A model generated the notes under the pieces. That model was not told the DNA's origin and ran no database searches. It was given only the letters and a program-made list of their open reading frames with translations. DNA of 63,867 bases, filler included, from Reticulomyxa filosa (lineage: Eukaryota; Protista; Foraminifera): assembly GCA_000512085.1 (NCBI GenBank). It is 13 parts of 13 records of this genome, joined end to end, with 100 filler letters (N's around TTAATTAATTAA, not from the genome) between each part and the next. Parts side by side here need not be neighbours in the genome. Positions count along the whole stretch, not along the records: positions 1 to 15,271 come from ASPP01009471.1; positions 15,372 to 19,880 come from ASPP01003160.1; positions 19,981 to 27,050 come from ASPP01017200.1; 10 more parts are not named here. One strand, given 5' to 3'. Shown here piece after piece: positions 12,354 through 25,299 of this stretch. A program made the translations under genes and the position numbers. Every line of letters starts with the position of its first letter. Position 1 is the first letter of the stretch.

Positions 12354-13780
12354 ATGAGCATTCATTCACATCCATCGAAGCGAATGAGATATTCGTTGCC
12401 ATTTTCGATTGATCAGAATTTAAATGATATTGAAGCTTTTTTGAAGAACTTAAAGACAAGTTCGTATCCTTGCTTTAGAATGCTCTCAGAACTGACGGAA
12501 GAAATCAAGCTACACGAAACACAAAAGGTAGGCTCGTTATCATCAGCACTAATGAAACATAAGAGTAAAATTTCACAACTGTTGACGTTTAGTTGGGAAA
12601 AGATCCACTCTGACAAATGGAACAAACCAGAATTGACGATTTGGAGAGATTTGTATGCAATAAGTAGCATTTGGGAATGTGCTCGGCTTTTTTTGAATGA
12701 ATTCAATTCAAAAAATTATCAAAGTTTAAAGCCAATAATCCGTCAATTGGACTTGGGTATAATGATTGGAGCAGCACGTTTTCAATCGGCAATGCAAGAT
12801 TTTGTGAATATAGTTCATGAATTATATGTAGAGGACGGTCATGAAAATGAAGAAGCAAATGTTGACAATGACGAAAAGAAGAACGCAAAGATGGCATTGG
12901 TTGATATGAAAAACAAAGACAACAATCCATTTTTGGGACAAGCATTAATTTGTTCGGAATTGCCTTGTGTTGACAAAGAAATGCTAAGTTTAAATGAATT
13001 TGTGACTGATTATTTCAAAAAGCAAAAGCCATTGGTGATTCGCAATTACATCGACGATTGGCCTGCATTATCGCGATGGAATGATATTGATTATTTGTTA
13101 CACACCGCAGGACATCGCACGGTACCAGTTGAAATTGGCCGTATTTATACGGATGACAATTGGACCCAATCATTGATGACTTTGCAGGAATTTTTACAAC
13201 ATTTTGTATTGAAAACGTCGGCAAATGACAAGCATGACAGCAAAAGTGACGAAACAAATACAAGTAAGAATGCGAGTGGCTATCTGGCACAACATCAACT
13301 ATTTGATCAAATTCAATGTTGGAAAACCAATCATGACTTTTATGTCCCTGATTTTGTCCATGTTGGAGATCGTGACTTTGATGAATATGGTACTATCAAT
13401 GCGTGGCTTGGTCCAAAAGGGACAATCACTCCAATTCACTTTGATGACAGGCATAATATACTTACTCAAGTCGTTGGTTACAAATATTTGATGATTTTTG
13501 ATCCATCTGAAAGTGAACATTTGTACTCTTTTCAAAGAAATTCTCATTTGTTATTCAACACTAGCCAAATTGGAGATTTTGATATCACTTATAATATTCA
13601 GTCGCAATCTGTTGATATCACTGATTTGAAACACTTGGTCCAAAAATTTCCTTTATTTCAACACGCAAAGTACAAAGAATGTATATTGGGGCCTGGAGAT
13701 CACTCTACTTACCACCTTTTTATTGGCATTTTGTCAAATCTTTAACTATTTCATTTTCGGTATCATTTTGGTTCGATTGA
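12354..13780 (+). CDS. KDM8: JMJD5/KDM8 JmjC oxygenase, apparent 1-nt deletion at 13700/13701
   Basis: AGHRTVPVEIG..YTDDNWTQSLMT, GYLAQHQLFDQI, INAWLGPKGTITPIHFDDRHNILTQVVGYK. The conserved ending LYLPPFYWHFVKSLTISFSVSFWFD* is in a shifted frame, TGA ending at 13780. Confidence 0.9.
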
Positions 13781-14489
13781 CACATAAATAAAATATACAC
13801 CAAAATATATTGAAATATTATCTTGAATAGCAAATACGCTTGTTTGACGCATTACCATTAGTTTTTTTTATCACAGAAAGAATGTTATAAGTTGAATTTA
13901 TAATGAAAGATATTGTATGACAAGCAAATCAATCAAAATTGAGTACAGTACTAAGTAATACAATATATTACAAAAAAGTAACTTATAAACAACACTAGAA
14001 GTTTCAACTTTAAATATATAATTTTGGTTAAAATTATTTTGTATATTAAAAAAATTGTACTTTACACATTATAAAAAGACGTCAATTTATCATTAAAATC
14101 ATTTTTAGTATAATCACACTATTTTTGTCTTTTGATATAATATGTAGTTCTAATATTTAATCACATGATCATTGTAATCACGCTAAAACTATTCGATAAA
14201 GCAGCAAATGTTGATTATATACTTGACAGAAAATATTCACAAAATTATAATAGTAAATTAACAATTTAATCATAACCAATTAACAAATTCAAACAAAACT
14301 ATTACTACAAGGAAAACAAAAAGAAAAAAGAAAAAAAATTGTTGAAGCGCTTTTCTGTATTAGTCTTTTTTCGTTACTAGGCCTTGGAGTGACAGTCAAC
14401 GACCATCTGGTCACATGCCAGACATCCAACATGCTAGCACGTCCATTGGTGTTGTTCATTGATCTATCTCATAGCTCTAAAAAAACTAA

Positions 14490-15271
14490 TTGCCAAACAT
14501 ACTATAGCTTGACATAGTTGAGTGTCAGTTTTTTCCAATATTTTTTCAAATTTTTCACAAAGTTCTTGTTTGTTGTTAATTTTTTTGCCTTTGTATAATT
14601 TTACTTTAATTATCCACAAAATATTCTAAATTGGATTTAGGTCTGGTGAATTAGTATGAAAATTTATCAGTTTATATTATTTTCTTTAAACAAATCCATT
14701 ATTTCTTTAGCTTTGTGATTCATTGTCTTGTTGGAACAACAAGTTATTTTCATCATTTACACAGTAATTTACACTTTTTAATATGTAGTCTTCTAATACA
14801 TCTTTATAAATTTCAGAGTTCATACTACTTTCTATCTTGCAGTCATTAACAACACCTTTTGAACCAAAACAAGCCCAAATCATGATATTTCATCCACCAA
14901 ATCTAGATCTTTTAATTATTCTATTGTCTCCTAAATTTTGGTTTTTTCCATAAATATTTATTCGATCACTTCTACGCAAATTAATTTTTGTTTCATCTGA
15001 AAAAATGACTTTTTTTCAATCATATACAGTCTAGTGTTTATATAAATTTGCAAATTATAATCTTGATTTTATATGACTATAATCTAAATCTGGCTTTTTC
15101 TCTTTAGAGTTCTTGTTGCAGTTTTATAAGAAACTTTGATTTCATCATCTAACTATTTATTGACGTCTTTTGCTAGCTCCACCAACTGTCATCCAATAGC
15201 AACTCCTTTCTTAAAAGCACTAAAATGTTTCACTATTTTAAATATCAAAATTTTGAAATGTCAATTAAAAA
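14490..15271 (-). mobile_element. Degenerate Tc1-type (DD34E-like) transposase pseudogene, truncated by contig end
   Basis: Minus strand reads H*TVYD*KKVIFSDETKINL, RFGGGNIMIWACFGSKG, MNSEIYKDVLEDY, LLFQQDN, SPDLNPI*NILW, with stops and frameshifts. Ends approximate. Confidence 0.88.
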
Positions 15272-15371
15272 NNNNNNNNNNNNNNNNNNNNNNNNNNNNN
15301 NNNNNNNNNNNNNNNTTAATTAATTAANNNNNNNNNNNNNNNNNNNNNNNNNNNNNNNNNNNNNNNNNNNN
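15272..15371. other. Artificial contig spacer N44-TTAATTAATTAA-N44 (first of 12)
   Basis: Same 100-nt spacer starts at 15272, 19881, 27051, 31081, 32466, 33796, 42364, 50599, 56383, 58598, 60189, 62768. The core gives stops in all six frames. Confidence 0.99.
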
Positions 15372-17447
15372 TTTTTTTCAAGTTCAACGAAGGGACTTCA
15401 AAAATATATTTTTGCAATATATGTGTTTTTTCTTAATGAAGAAAAAAATAAAATAAAATAAATTATAACTTTTTATAATTATATTAAGAGCATTTTTTAA
15501 TATTCAATATTATGTCCATTGTTAAAATGAAAATTGCAAATATTTTTATTATAAAATTGTTAATACAGAAAAAAAAATTTATCATGATCTAATTGACTAA
15601 TTATCTTTAACGAAATAAACAAACCAAAGTAAAGAAAGAAATATGGGTAAAGATTTGTTGAAACTAAAGTAGCCTCCAGTTCCTTTTAGCCAATCATAGC
15701 AAGTTTAAATGAATTTTTTTATAATTTTTTTCAATGTAACAATAATCTTTTGAAAACAAAAATTTTTTTAAAATTTTGTAACAATTTTTTTCAAAGAAAG
15801 CATATAAGAATCAAAAAAAGTTCTCTATTCCATTCCAATTTTTTTTGTTTGACTACTGACTATAAATTACTAATCACTAATACTAATTAAACAAAAGAAT
15901 GTTTCACAAGACTTTGTTTTCAAATATATGTGAAAATACAATTTGAAATTGATTATCAAGTTTTTTTATTTTATCATATTTATTCTTTTCATTAAAATCA
16001 ATTATAAATTCACTTAGCTACAACGTCAGGATGACTATATTTTAATTCAATAACTCCCAACATCAAAGTGATCTAGAAACTAGACAATCAATATTAACAT
16101 GAAAATTGCAAAATGCAAAATAAATAACTTAATTGCTTCATTGATTCTTGATTCCCAATTCATCAATTCCTTTGTATCGGATTTATTCATGTGAATAAAT
16201 TTTTTTAGCTATCTTCTTTAGTGAATTGTATTGCCAATTTAAAAATATAAAATCAACTTGCATTTGTATTGATCTAATTTTATCAAATAGTTGATTACAA
16301 TGAAAACTGTTCAAACATAAACTTTTTGCAAAAATAAAACTAAAGATCTTCACATTCATGATACAAAGGATTTTGAACGTGTTTAGAGATTTTGTGATGT
16401 GAATGCAAAGCTGTGAGAAACAGCAAGGAGGCAAACCCTTTCTCTTTTTTAAAATGATCACAGTTCTCGTTTTCTAAAGGCTTAACGAAAATCAACAAGC
16501 TCTCTTTTGTTTTTGCCACAAAAAAATTACTACCAAACTTTTTAAGTACAAGTGTATTCCATTGAAATGCTTTCATCACAAGGCAATGCACAAATGATGA
16601 AAGCTTAATTTTGGTGTTTTATTCAAAACATCTTTTTAATCAATACTTTTTTCCCACTAAAGGTATTACTATATTGCAAAAATGTGGATACTCTTAGATA
16701 TATTCTCTCAAGTGGATTGACGCCTGTCCAGTCGACAATTGTGGCGTTGTATCAAGACACAATCCGCTCTCCACATCCACATAAATAAATATATCTCAAA
16801 CGATCACCATATTTCATTAAATACAAGATAGCCTCTTGCTTCAACTGCCGACAAACAATAATATCTAATTATGCGATACATAGTATGCACCCAAAATGTC
16901 ACAAAAAAGTAAACAGCACAAATATGTATTCCACAAACTGGAGAAAATCGCGTGATACATAACCAAAATCATATACAGTGTGCGGTGTATCTATGTATTC
17001 TTGGCATCAGAGCCAGTGAGGCCAACTATTTAAAAGAGAAAGTTATAACGAAGCGACTTTCAAAATTTTTAAAAACCTTTATATTGATCGTTCTTGCAAT
17101 GCTTCAATATTCATACCACATCATGCACAGCAAATGTTACTTGATGAAAGTGCGGAACAATAAAAGTTAGATTTTGTTGTTTAATGTTTTCGTCAATTTT
17201 TTTTGTCAAACTAAATTTTAAATGCAGTATGATTTTATCATTGTATTATTTTAACGAGTGTATATGTTTTGAACGACTTAAAAAATTTGAATTAACCAAA
17301 TTATTATAACAATAGCTTATAATTGTAAATCGAAGATTTAATAAGAAACGCTCAAAATATAGTTGCTAATTAGTAGAAAAAAATTGTTTTATTCAATCCA
17401 CTCAAAAAGAACTGAATCATCCAAACAATTTTTTTAGAAAAATGATA

Positions 17448-18716
17448 TTATCCCCAAATATGAATTGTACCTTTGCTTGAACTATAACACAGATTAATAC
17501 CTTGATTACGATAACTATTGCTTTTTTTGTTCTGTAAAAATTTAAGACAAAATATTCCAATATTTTCATCATATCCATTGATTAAATGTAATTCACTTTT
17601 ATTTGAGCGAATGTCCCAAAAACGAATTGTATTATCTTTTGATCCAGAACATATCACACTTGAACTACAACCAAGTTCCATATTATTTACTATAAATGGT
17701 GAATACTCAACAGTCCATACAGTACTTTTATGTTTATCGAACACTTGAATTTGTTTACCAGATCGAATATCCCACAGACGAACGCTTTTATCTGATGATC
17801 CAGATAATATTGTATTTGAACCACCACTAATTCCTAATTCATTTGATCCATATTTTACACTATACACTGGACTTTTATGTCCTTTGAATATATTCAATTG
17901 TTTAGTTGTGTCAATATCCCATATACGAATGGTATTATCCCATGATCCAGAACAAAGTGTATATCCATTTCCGCCAATTATGCCAGCACTATTACTTTTA
18001 TTGTTATCGTTTTTGTTGCTGCTATTACTTTGCAATGGTGAAAAATCCACACATTGAACAATCCATAAATGTCCATTGAAAGTATGTAATGATTCAAATG
18101 TTTCAATATCCCATAAACGAATAATAGTTCCCTGTGATCCAGAGCACATATATCTGCCACCATTAAATGATGAAAACTCAATGCTATAAACATGGCCTCT
18201 TTGTTCCATTAACATTTGTAATTGTTTATTATGTTTGATATCCCAAAAACGAATGGTTTTGTCAAATGATGAAGAACAAATGACAATACGATGATTGTTA
18301 TAGTGATGATATTGTGAAAATTTTACACAATACACATAACCTTCGTGTCCATTGAATAATTGGATTTGTTCATTTGTTTCTATATCCCATACACGAACTG
18401 TTTTATCATCTGATCCAGAACAAAGTAATGAACAACCGTCAAATGTTGAACAGTCAATACTATATACACATCGATTGTGCCCAGTGAACGTTTTGAGTAA
18501 TTTGGACGATGAACAAAACATTTCAAGCATAAAGAAGTTGGTTGCCTGTATTAAATTGTGGGCAAATAAATACTTGTCACTGAATAAAACAAACATAAAC
18601 ACAAAAACTTAACATATTTGACAACAATTCTGTCGAAATCCTGGATCCATCCTAATTTAATGTTTGATATTCGGGTCCAATGTTGGATAATTGTTTGGAT
18701 CTCCTCTTCTTCTGGC
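17448..18716 (-). CDS. WD40-repeat protein of an amplified family
   Basis: Repeated GH..CSGSxDxTIRxWDI units, ending IHIWG*. Upstream exon EEEIQTIIQHWTRISNIKLGWIQDFDRIVVKY joins in frame via intron 18546-18613. True start not located. Confidence 0.9.
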
Positions 18717-19267
18717 TGGTCCAATCACAAACACAAACCACGTTACAATAAAAACCTAAAGTTAATCAGATTCCTAAAAGATTGAAAAGAAGCTTACTAA
18801 TGATAGTTGCGTTGACATTTTTTTTTGTTTTTTTTTTTGAGATCTTTTCAGATGATATAAGATTAAAAATGTTTGAGCTCTTTACTTCAAAACCAACAAA
18901 GGAGCTGCAAAAAACTCGGCGATACGGACGACGTAATGTTTGTATTCAATTTTTCAAAATGGTGCATCAGTTTCAGTCGATAGAGGGCATATCAATAGCA
19001 TAAGCACATAAAAGGTATAATATCATACAAATGAGCCAGCATCAAAAAAGATGTCCCATTATCGTCACTCAGACAACATCGATGGTGTGGGACGTTGTTT
19101 TAAAATGTTCTTTTTTATTGTTGACAGAATAAATAACACGAGATAAATCATTTAAAAATTGCCTCTTTTCGAAAAGTGTCTTTACATGACCCGTTTTTAT
19201 GAAATAAAGACAAACTTTTAGACAGGTTCGCTCTTTGAAAAAAAATTAATATCCTCGGTTATCCACC

Positions 19268-19780
19268 ATGTCCAATCAACCCACTGACACGATAACCTCC
19301 TCTTCCAAAGATAAAGGGATGAAGAAGAAAAGCATCTCTCGACTCCAACAAGTCCGGAAAGTGACACGTCAGCAACGAACGAAACAACAAGTTTAATTTT
19401 AGAAATCCAAAAAGATTTGCGCAAGCCATTGGAGGACATGAAAATCAGTGGGTTGCAGTTGGTGACAAACCCAGTGATATTAGGAAGCGAGATGAACGTG
19501 AAAGATGGAATAAAGATATTGGTGGACAAGCATATTCGTTGTGCGCCGGTCCGTGATGACAGCCACGTGCAGACCCCAACAGCACAATCGCCAAGCAACA
19601 AGTTTATGGGAGTATTGGACGTAAGAGATTCGTTGAAATACGCAGTAGAAAAATACCGTCAAGATCACTCCGCCTTGCCCAACAACGACAATATCAAGAA
19701 TGCAGATGAGCAATTGTCATTCGACATCGCATCACTTCCTCCTGAAATCATGACTAACAAAGTCTCTTATTTAGGCATGT
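19268..19780 (+). CDS. CBS-domain protein (SNF4/AMPK-gamma-like repeats), first exon
   Basis: PVILGSEMNVKDGIKILVDKHIRCAPVRD..FMGVLDVRD is a CBS motif. ATG at 19268 joins this frame if one G is added to the GGG run near 19317. Runs into a poly-T intron and the contig end. Confidence 0.7.
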
Positions 19781-19841
19781 TTTTTTTTTTTTTTTTTTTC
19801 TTTTGATATTTATGTGTCTATGCAAGCGTAATGTAAGTACA

Positions 19842-19880
<39 letters not shown>

Positions 19881-20639
19881 NNNNNNNNNNNNNNNNNNNN
19901 NNNNNNNNNNNNNNNNNNNNNNNNTTAATTAATTAANNNNNNNNNNNNNNNNNNNNNNNNNNNNNNNNNNNNNNNNNNNNAAAGCACCACAGCAACAACA
20001 TAGCACCAGCAGCAGTTTATGTCGTTCGTATCGAAATAGGTCATTAGCGCGAGATATCCAAACTTTGAGCAAAGAAAGCGCAGACGATCAAGTGAACATA
20101 TATCGTTGTTGAAATTTACTCTAATTTTATGTATGCAAAACAACAACAGACCGATCTCTAATATCGTATACGTGCTCATTTGAGCAACCTTGGATTATTA
20201 TCATGAATATAGTGGAATCTAGTGAATTGCGCTGTCGAACAAGAGCCAATTATCTTTGCTATATTGTCTCCGAGATAGACTTGTTGGATGATATTCAACA
20301 TTTTGTTCGTTACATTATCAGTCATTTGAAGACACTAGTGCTCCTCTTTATACTCGTTTACACTAGGTTCGAGTCGACGTTAATTTTAGATTGTGAATAT
20401 AGTAGTAATCTTGAGCAAAATTGAAAATCAAGTTGGACAATGGCGCAAGAAAAGAAGAAACCAAAGCAAGAAAAAAAAAAATAGTCATAACAATGAAAAA
20501 ATAAGAATGGTGTCAAATCACACAACCCAAAAATTAGATTTATTGTAAATACTAGTCCGTTCGGCAAGGCCAAAGTGTACCACTAATCACAAGAACGACG
20601 ATAGCGGATGGATTTCGTAGCTCAAAAACGTCGTGGAAT

Positions 20640-22730
20640 AGTTTTACAAGATTCTCTTGGTTAAATTCCGGATAATCTAAAACTTGTTGATGCCAAGAAG
20701 AAAAAAAAGACTTGGTGATATCGCGCAAAGTGGAGGAGTTGTGCGAAACGCCGCCAATATACCAACAAGCGAGATGATAAGGACGAAGAGAAGAAAGAGA
20801 AACCAAAGCCAAATCGCGTTGGATTTGTTTTTTAAAAAAAAAAACAGTTGACAGGCTTTTTTGAGTTTGCGCATTCCAGAGATAAAGAGTAATTCCATAA
20901 CCAAAGTCTCCACTCGCGGGCGTGAACTAACTCCCAATAGCCTCCCAATGGAAAGTTCAAAACGAGTGTGGCATCACTAAATATTTGAAAAACTTGTTTC
21001 TATAGCATAGGCGCACAAGTATCTTCAAATAATTATTGGAGTAGCAAACACCAAAGACAGCGTCGAACTTCAATCTACACGCGCCGACAAACAACGGAAG
21101 CTAAGTCGTTATGGAAATGGCGATATTGGGATGTCGCAACGGCGGCAGAGAGGAAATGGAGGGCAAGGAAAGGAAAAAAAGAACGTGTGATTTGTTAGAA
21201 AATACTTATCATTGAGATTGAGAAAACCACATTTGGATAATCGTTCATGTGATAGTGGTTCAACTTGGTGGAGGAGTTGTGCGCAACTCCGCAAGGCATT
21301 GTCAAGCAAGAAGATAGACACGATTAGGATGAAAAGAAGAAAAAGAATGTCAAAATAATATCTCGTTTGGTCTGTTTTTTTAAAAAAACTTGTCTGCTAG
21401 ATTTATTAATTATGGCTATACACTGGCTCTTCACATTCGCGAGTGGAGACTTTACGTGTTTCCAAATATGCACTACCTTCATATCAATGAACGATTGTAG
21501 TAATCCGAACAATTGGAAAGAAATTGTTCGCCATCAACATATGCGCAAACAAGTCTATGAGGATAATTGTTGGCGTGGCGCAGCGCCAAATATGGGATCG
21601 AACTGTGATCTATCGGCGCCAACGAACAAGTAAGACTTGGCCTTCATGAAAATTGCGTTTCGATTGTTGGCGATAACTTTATCAACAGATGACAAGATTG
21701 GGAACTTGTTGTGTGCGTACGCACATTCGCAATTTTGAATTTTGATCCGTGCATATGCTGGTGGAAGGAATCGTCAGCAACGAATTCGCCCAAGAATGAA
21801 AAAAAAAGAATGTTATTCTATCATTAAATTTTCATTCGAAACATTGGAAATGCTGAAAATGCACACGCAAATTGTCTCTCATCGAAAGGGAGACAATTTT
21901 TTTTCAAGCACGAAGTCCATCCGCTCTCGTGGAACAGTCGGACAAGATTTTCCCACATCAATCCTGGAAAGTTGGATCTTGGTGCAGCCAGACGACGAAA
22001 GAAAGCTCACCAAGAAGGAAAAAAAAAAAAAAGAAAAAGGTAGTGATACGCGCAAAGTGGAAAAGATAGTGTCACAACAGCAACAGAGAAGAAGTGGAAA
22101 ACGATGAAAAAAAGAACGTGGAACTTGTTAGGAAATACGTATTCATGGCAATCGAGAAAACCACTACATTGAGAACATTCGATGTGAAACTGGTTCAACT
22201 TGGTGGAGGAGTTGTGCGAAACTCCGTGAAGAAACCTGCAGGCAAGAAGATAAATATAAGGAGGGGAATGATGATGATGAAGATAAAGAAAGAGAACATC
22301 AAAACCATATAGCGTTGGACCTGCTAAAAAAAAAAACAAAAAAAAAACCAGTCTGCCAGATATACTGGAGTGTGGTCATGTACTTGGCTATTCACGCCCG
22401 CGAGTGGAGACTTGTGTTTCCAGACATGCATTACATTCACATAGAACGTGCCAATCAAAGATAATAAATAATTTTGGAAATATTTTACAGTTTTAAACCG
22501 AACAATTGAAAATAACTTGACCATTAACATATGTGCACACAAGTCTCTGGCGCTGTGCCATCCCAACAATTATCCTCAAAGAGTGCGTCGAACTGCAATT
22601 TACAGGTTCCACCGAACAAGGGAAACTCGGTTGTCACAAAAATGGTACTAACTACTCGTATCGAAACTAGTCGTGCCTTGCGCACTTTCGCAATTTTGAC
22701 GTGTGTGTACTGTTGATGGAGGTAATGCTG
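20640..22730 (+). repeat. Three degenerate tandem copies of a pseudogenic unit (A ~20640-21110, B ~21170-21760, C ~21900-22730)
   Basis: Shared blocks in the same order: GTGGAGGAGTTGTGCG (20730, ~21267, 22203), TTCAC..CGCGAGTGGAGACTT, CAAGT..ATAATT, TCGAACT..AACAA. Relic peptide LAIHAREWRL-VFPDMHYIHI. Confidence 0.75.
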
Positions 22731-25299
22731 AGCTCGCGAGCGACATAAGCATTAATGATCGGTGAAAGATATATATAGAGAGAAAGATAGCTATGTTTGC
22801 ATTTTTTGGCTCAATCGGCAAAGATTATCGGCGCTTATTTGACAGACCCAATGCCCATTATCAAATGCAAATTTGTGTCCATCATCATAAGGGCGACGAA
22901 AGTGGATGAACGTCGTATTTAGAAAATATCCATCATATGATGGCTTTGGAATAGCTGAAAGAAATTGTCCCAGTTCAATCGTGGGCAATCTTTTTTTTTT
23001 TTTATAAACTTGCTTTCGTAGTCGGGTAGCACCAAGACCCAGAAAGAAAGACTTGAAAATACCGTGCAAAAAAAAAAAAAAATATTGACATCATGTTATC
23101 ACCACATCAGCGACTGGACTAATCGAAGAAATGAAAAAATAGAAGACAAAAAAAAAAAAGATGATGCGAAACAATCACATATTGCGATCGAGCAAGCCAC
23201 TTTCACATGGAATCATTCTCCCGATGCTGTTGTGGCTCCAATTTGGTATTGTGCTTGACATTGTCACACCCAGCCATCATCCTATTCTTATTTGCTAATT
23301 GACTTGAGTATCACAAAACTAATCCACCAACAATTATGGTGATGACGACGACCACGAAATACAGTCCATGTTCTCCTCTATCCATTTGTCAATTCAATAC
23401 ATTGGACTGCTGTTGTGTGCTCCAATATTTGGGTGCCACTGCTGTTAGTGTGTGCGGAAGAGAGGTAATGTTGTGCGCCATTTATTTGCCGAACGAAACA
23501 AAGGCTTAGATAATGGCAATGTGTTGGTGGTGCTGGGCCCTGTTGAGTGGATATTTAAACAATATTTTATGTCAGCAGTGGAGCCTCCTCTCTCCTCTCT
23601 CATCTCAAAGAAATCGTCGCTGTGGATATGAACGAATTGTTCGGTTATCAAAAACCGAATCATTCGGATTCGAAAAGTGGAATGGTCTGCCATTGACAAG
23701 ACCGCCACTCAAAGAAATGGTAGCTCTAGGGAAGAGCCCTTCAGTGATAACATCTTCCTTCAAGTCAGTTCAATTGTTCCAAATAACGGAACACTTGATG
23801 GAAGCATTATCATTGAAATCAACGCGCACGCTCCAACACAAGAACTCAAGATATTTTGTTGGTAACTTGCGACTCTCTCTTTCCTGTGACCTGACGCTAT
23901 ATTTCGTTCTTGGGTCCATTACTTGAAAAAGTTTTGTTTTATGTGTACATATTTAATATATAACATCTCTATATTGTATATTTATTATCTATTTATATGT
24001 GTGTGTTATGTGTTGCTTGAACTTTTTGAATAGATCTCTGAAGGTGTGCAAATGGAAATGGCAAGCTGTTGCTGTTAATATTACTGGTTGTGCTGAAGTG
24101 AATCCCCAGCAATAATGGTATTATTCTTTGTATAACGTATAATTTTGAAAAAAAATTAAAGATCCGTATTCGTGTAATGTGCTCATGATTGATTGAAAAT
24201 ATTGAGCTGCGCAACCAATGTTCCAAGTTGTAATATGTTTCTATAATGTGATTGAAAAATAACTGAAACATGTATGGTGAATACACGTATATAACAAGGT
24301 CTCAAAGAATACAATATGTGTCCATCGAATATTGGAAAGTGGTGGTTGCAGTACCAGCAAGAAAGGTAAATAATGCCAAGTTTATGGCACATCCAATTGC
24401 AAGTATTGATACTTGCCTCAAATATTGTGTTGTTGTCCCAATTGTGATTTCTTTTGATTTTTTATTTTAATAATAATTGAAACATCTTCTCCAGCTCACC
24501 GATATCTCATCAAATTATATCTTGTAAAAATTTTAATTTTAAAAGAAAGTTCAAATCTAATCTATCTGGATATTTCATTTTCACTTGTGTCTTTGAAAGA
24601 GCGCTTTGATAATATGCAATAGACGCTTTTATTGTTTAGAGTTATGCCAAGAAAAAAAAAAAAGTACTCTAAAAGGGCCACGCTTAAGTGTCAACCGTAA
24701 GAAACGGAATTGATTCTTGCCACTATTCCTGGCAAAAAAGATCTCGAGTAATATCTTCTTGCTGTCAAGAGAAAGGAACAAACTAGAAAGAAAAAGGGAA
24801 GTAGAGTCTGAATCCAGTGAAGTAATAAGAACCAAAATAGCACTATTATTGGCGATTGGAAGTTGGTAAGAGTGCAAGTTCTTTGGCCATAAAAAATGAA
24901 CAAAGGACTCTGAAATTCAAAAAAAGGCCGAAGAAGATGATAAAAATATAATAGTGAAACAAGAGTTAAAAAAAAAGATACAAAATATTACTTTTTCAAT
25001 TCCTCCTTTTGCAAAATCTTGAGCCGCTTTTTCATGTTGATTCTGTTGTCTGTTCGTGGATCGTACTATTCGTTTAAAAAATAATGCAGGTCGAAATACT
25101 TTTAGGTTGGAAGGGACTTTCAAAACCTTCCAATATCTTTGAGTCCTCGTCCAGTTTTGCAACCAAAGTACCACTTTCCATTTTTTGATTCATCGTCTGC
25201 ATTTTCGTCTCATTCGTTGAATTCCATGTCGACAAACTGTTCACTTTTGCAACAGTATCTGACAGCCTAAAACCCTAAACAGTTTCAATCCAAAATGTT

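Noticed and set aside
14375-14480. GC-richer patch beside the Tc1 relic as a small RNA
   Set aside because: No tRNA, snRNA or snoRNA hallmarks and no convincing stem found by eye.
20640-22730. Repeated GTGGAGGAGTTGTGCG blocks as a CRISPR array
   Set aside because: Spacing is hundreds of bases, intervening DNA is homologous, no cas genes, eukaryotic context.
23285-24470. Semi-open frames on both strands
   Set aside because: No recognisable motif and strand undecidable; probably decayed coding DNA but unsupported.
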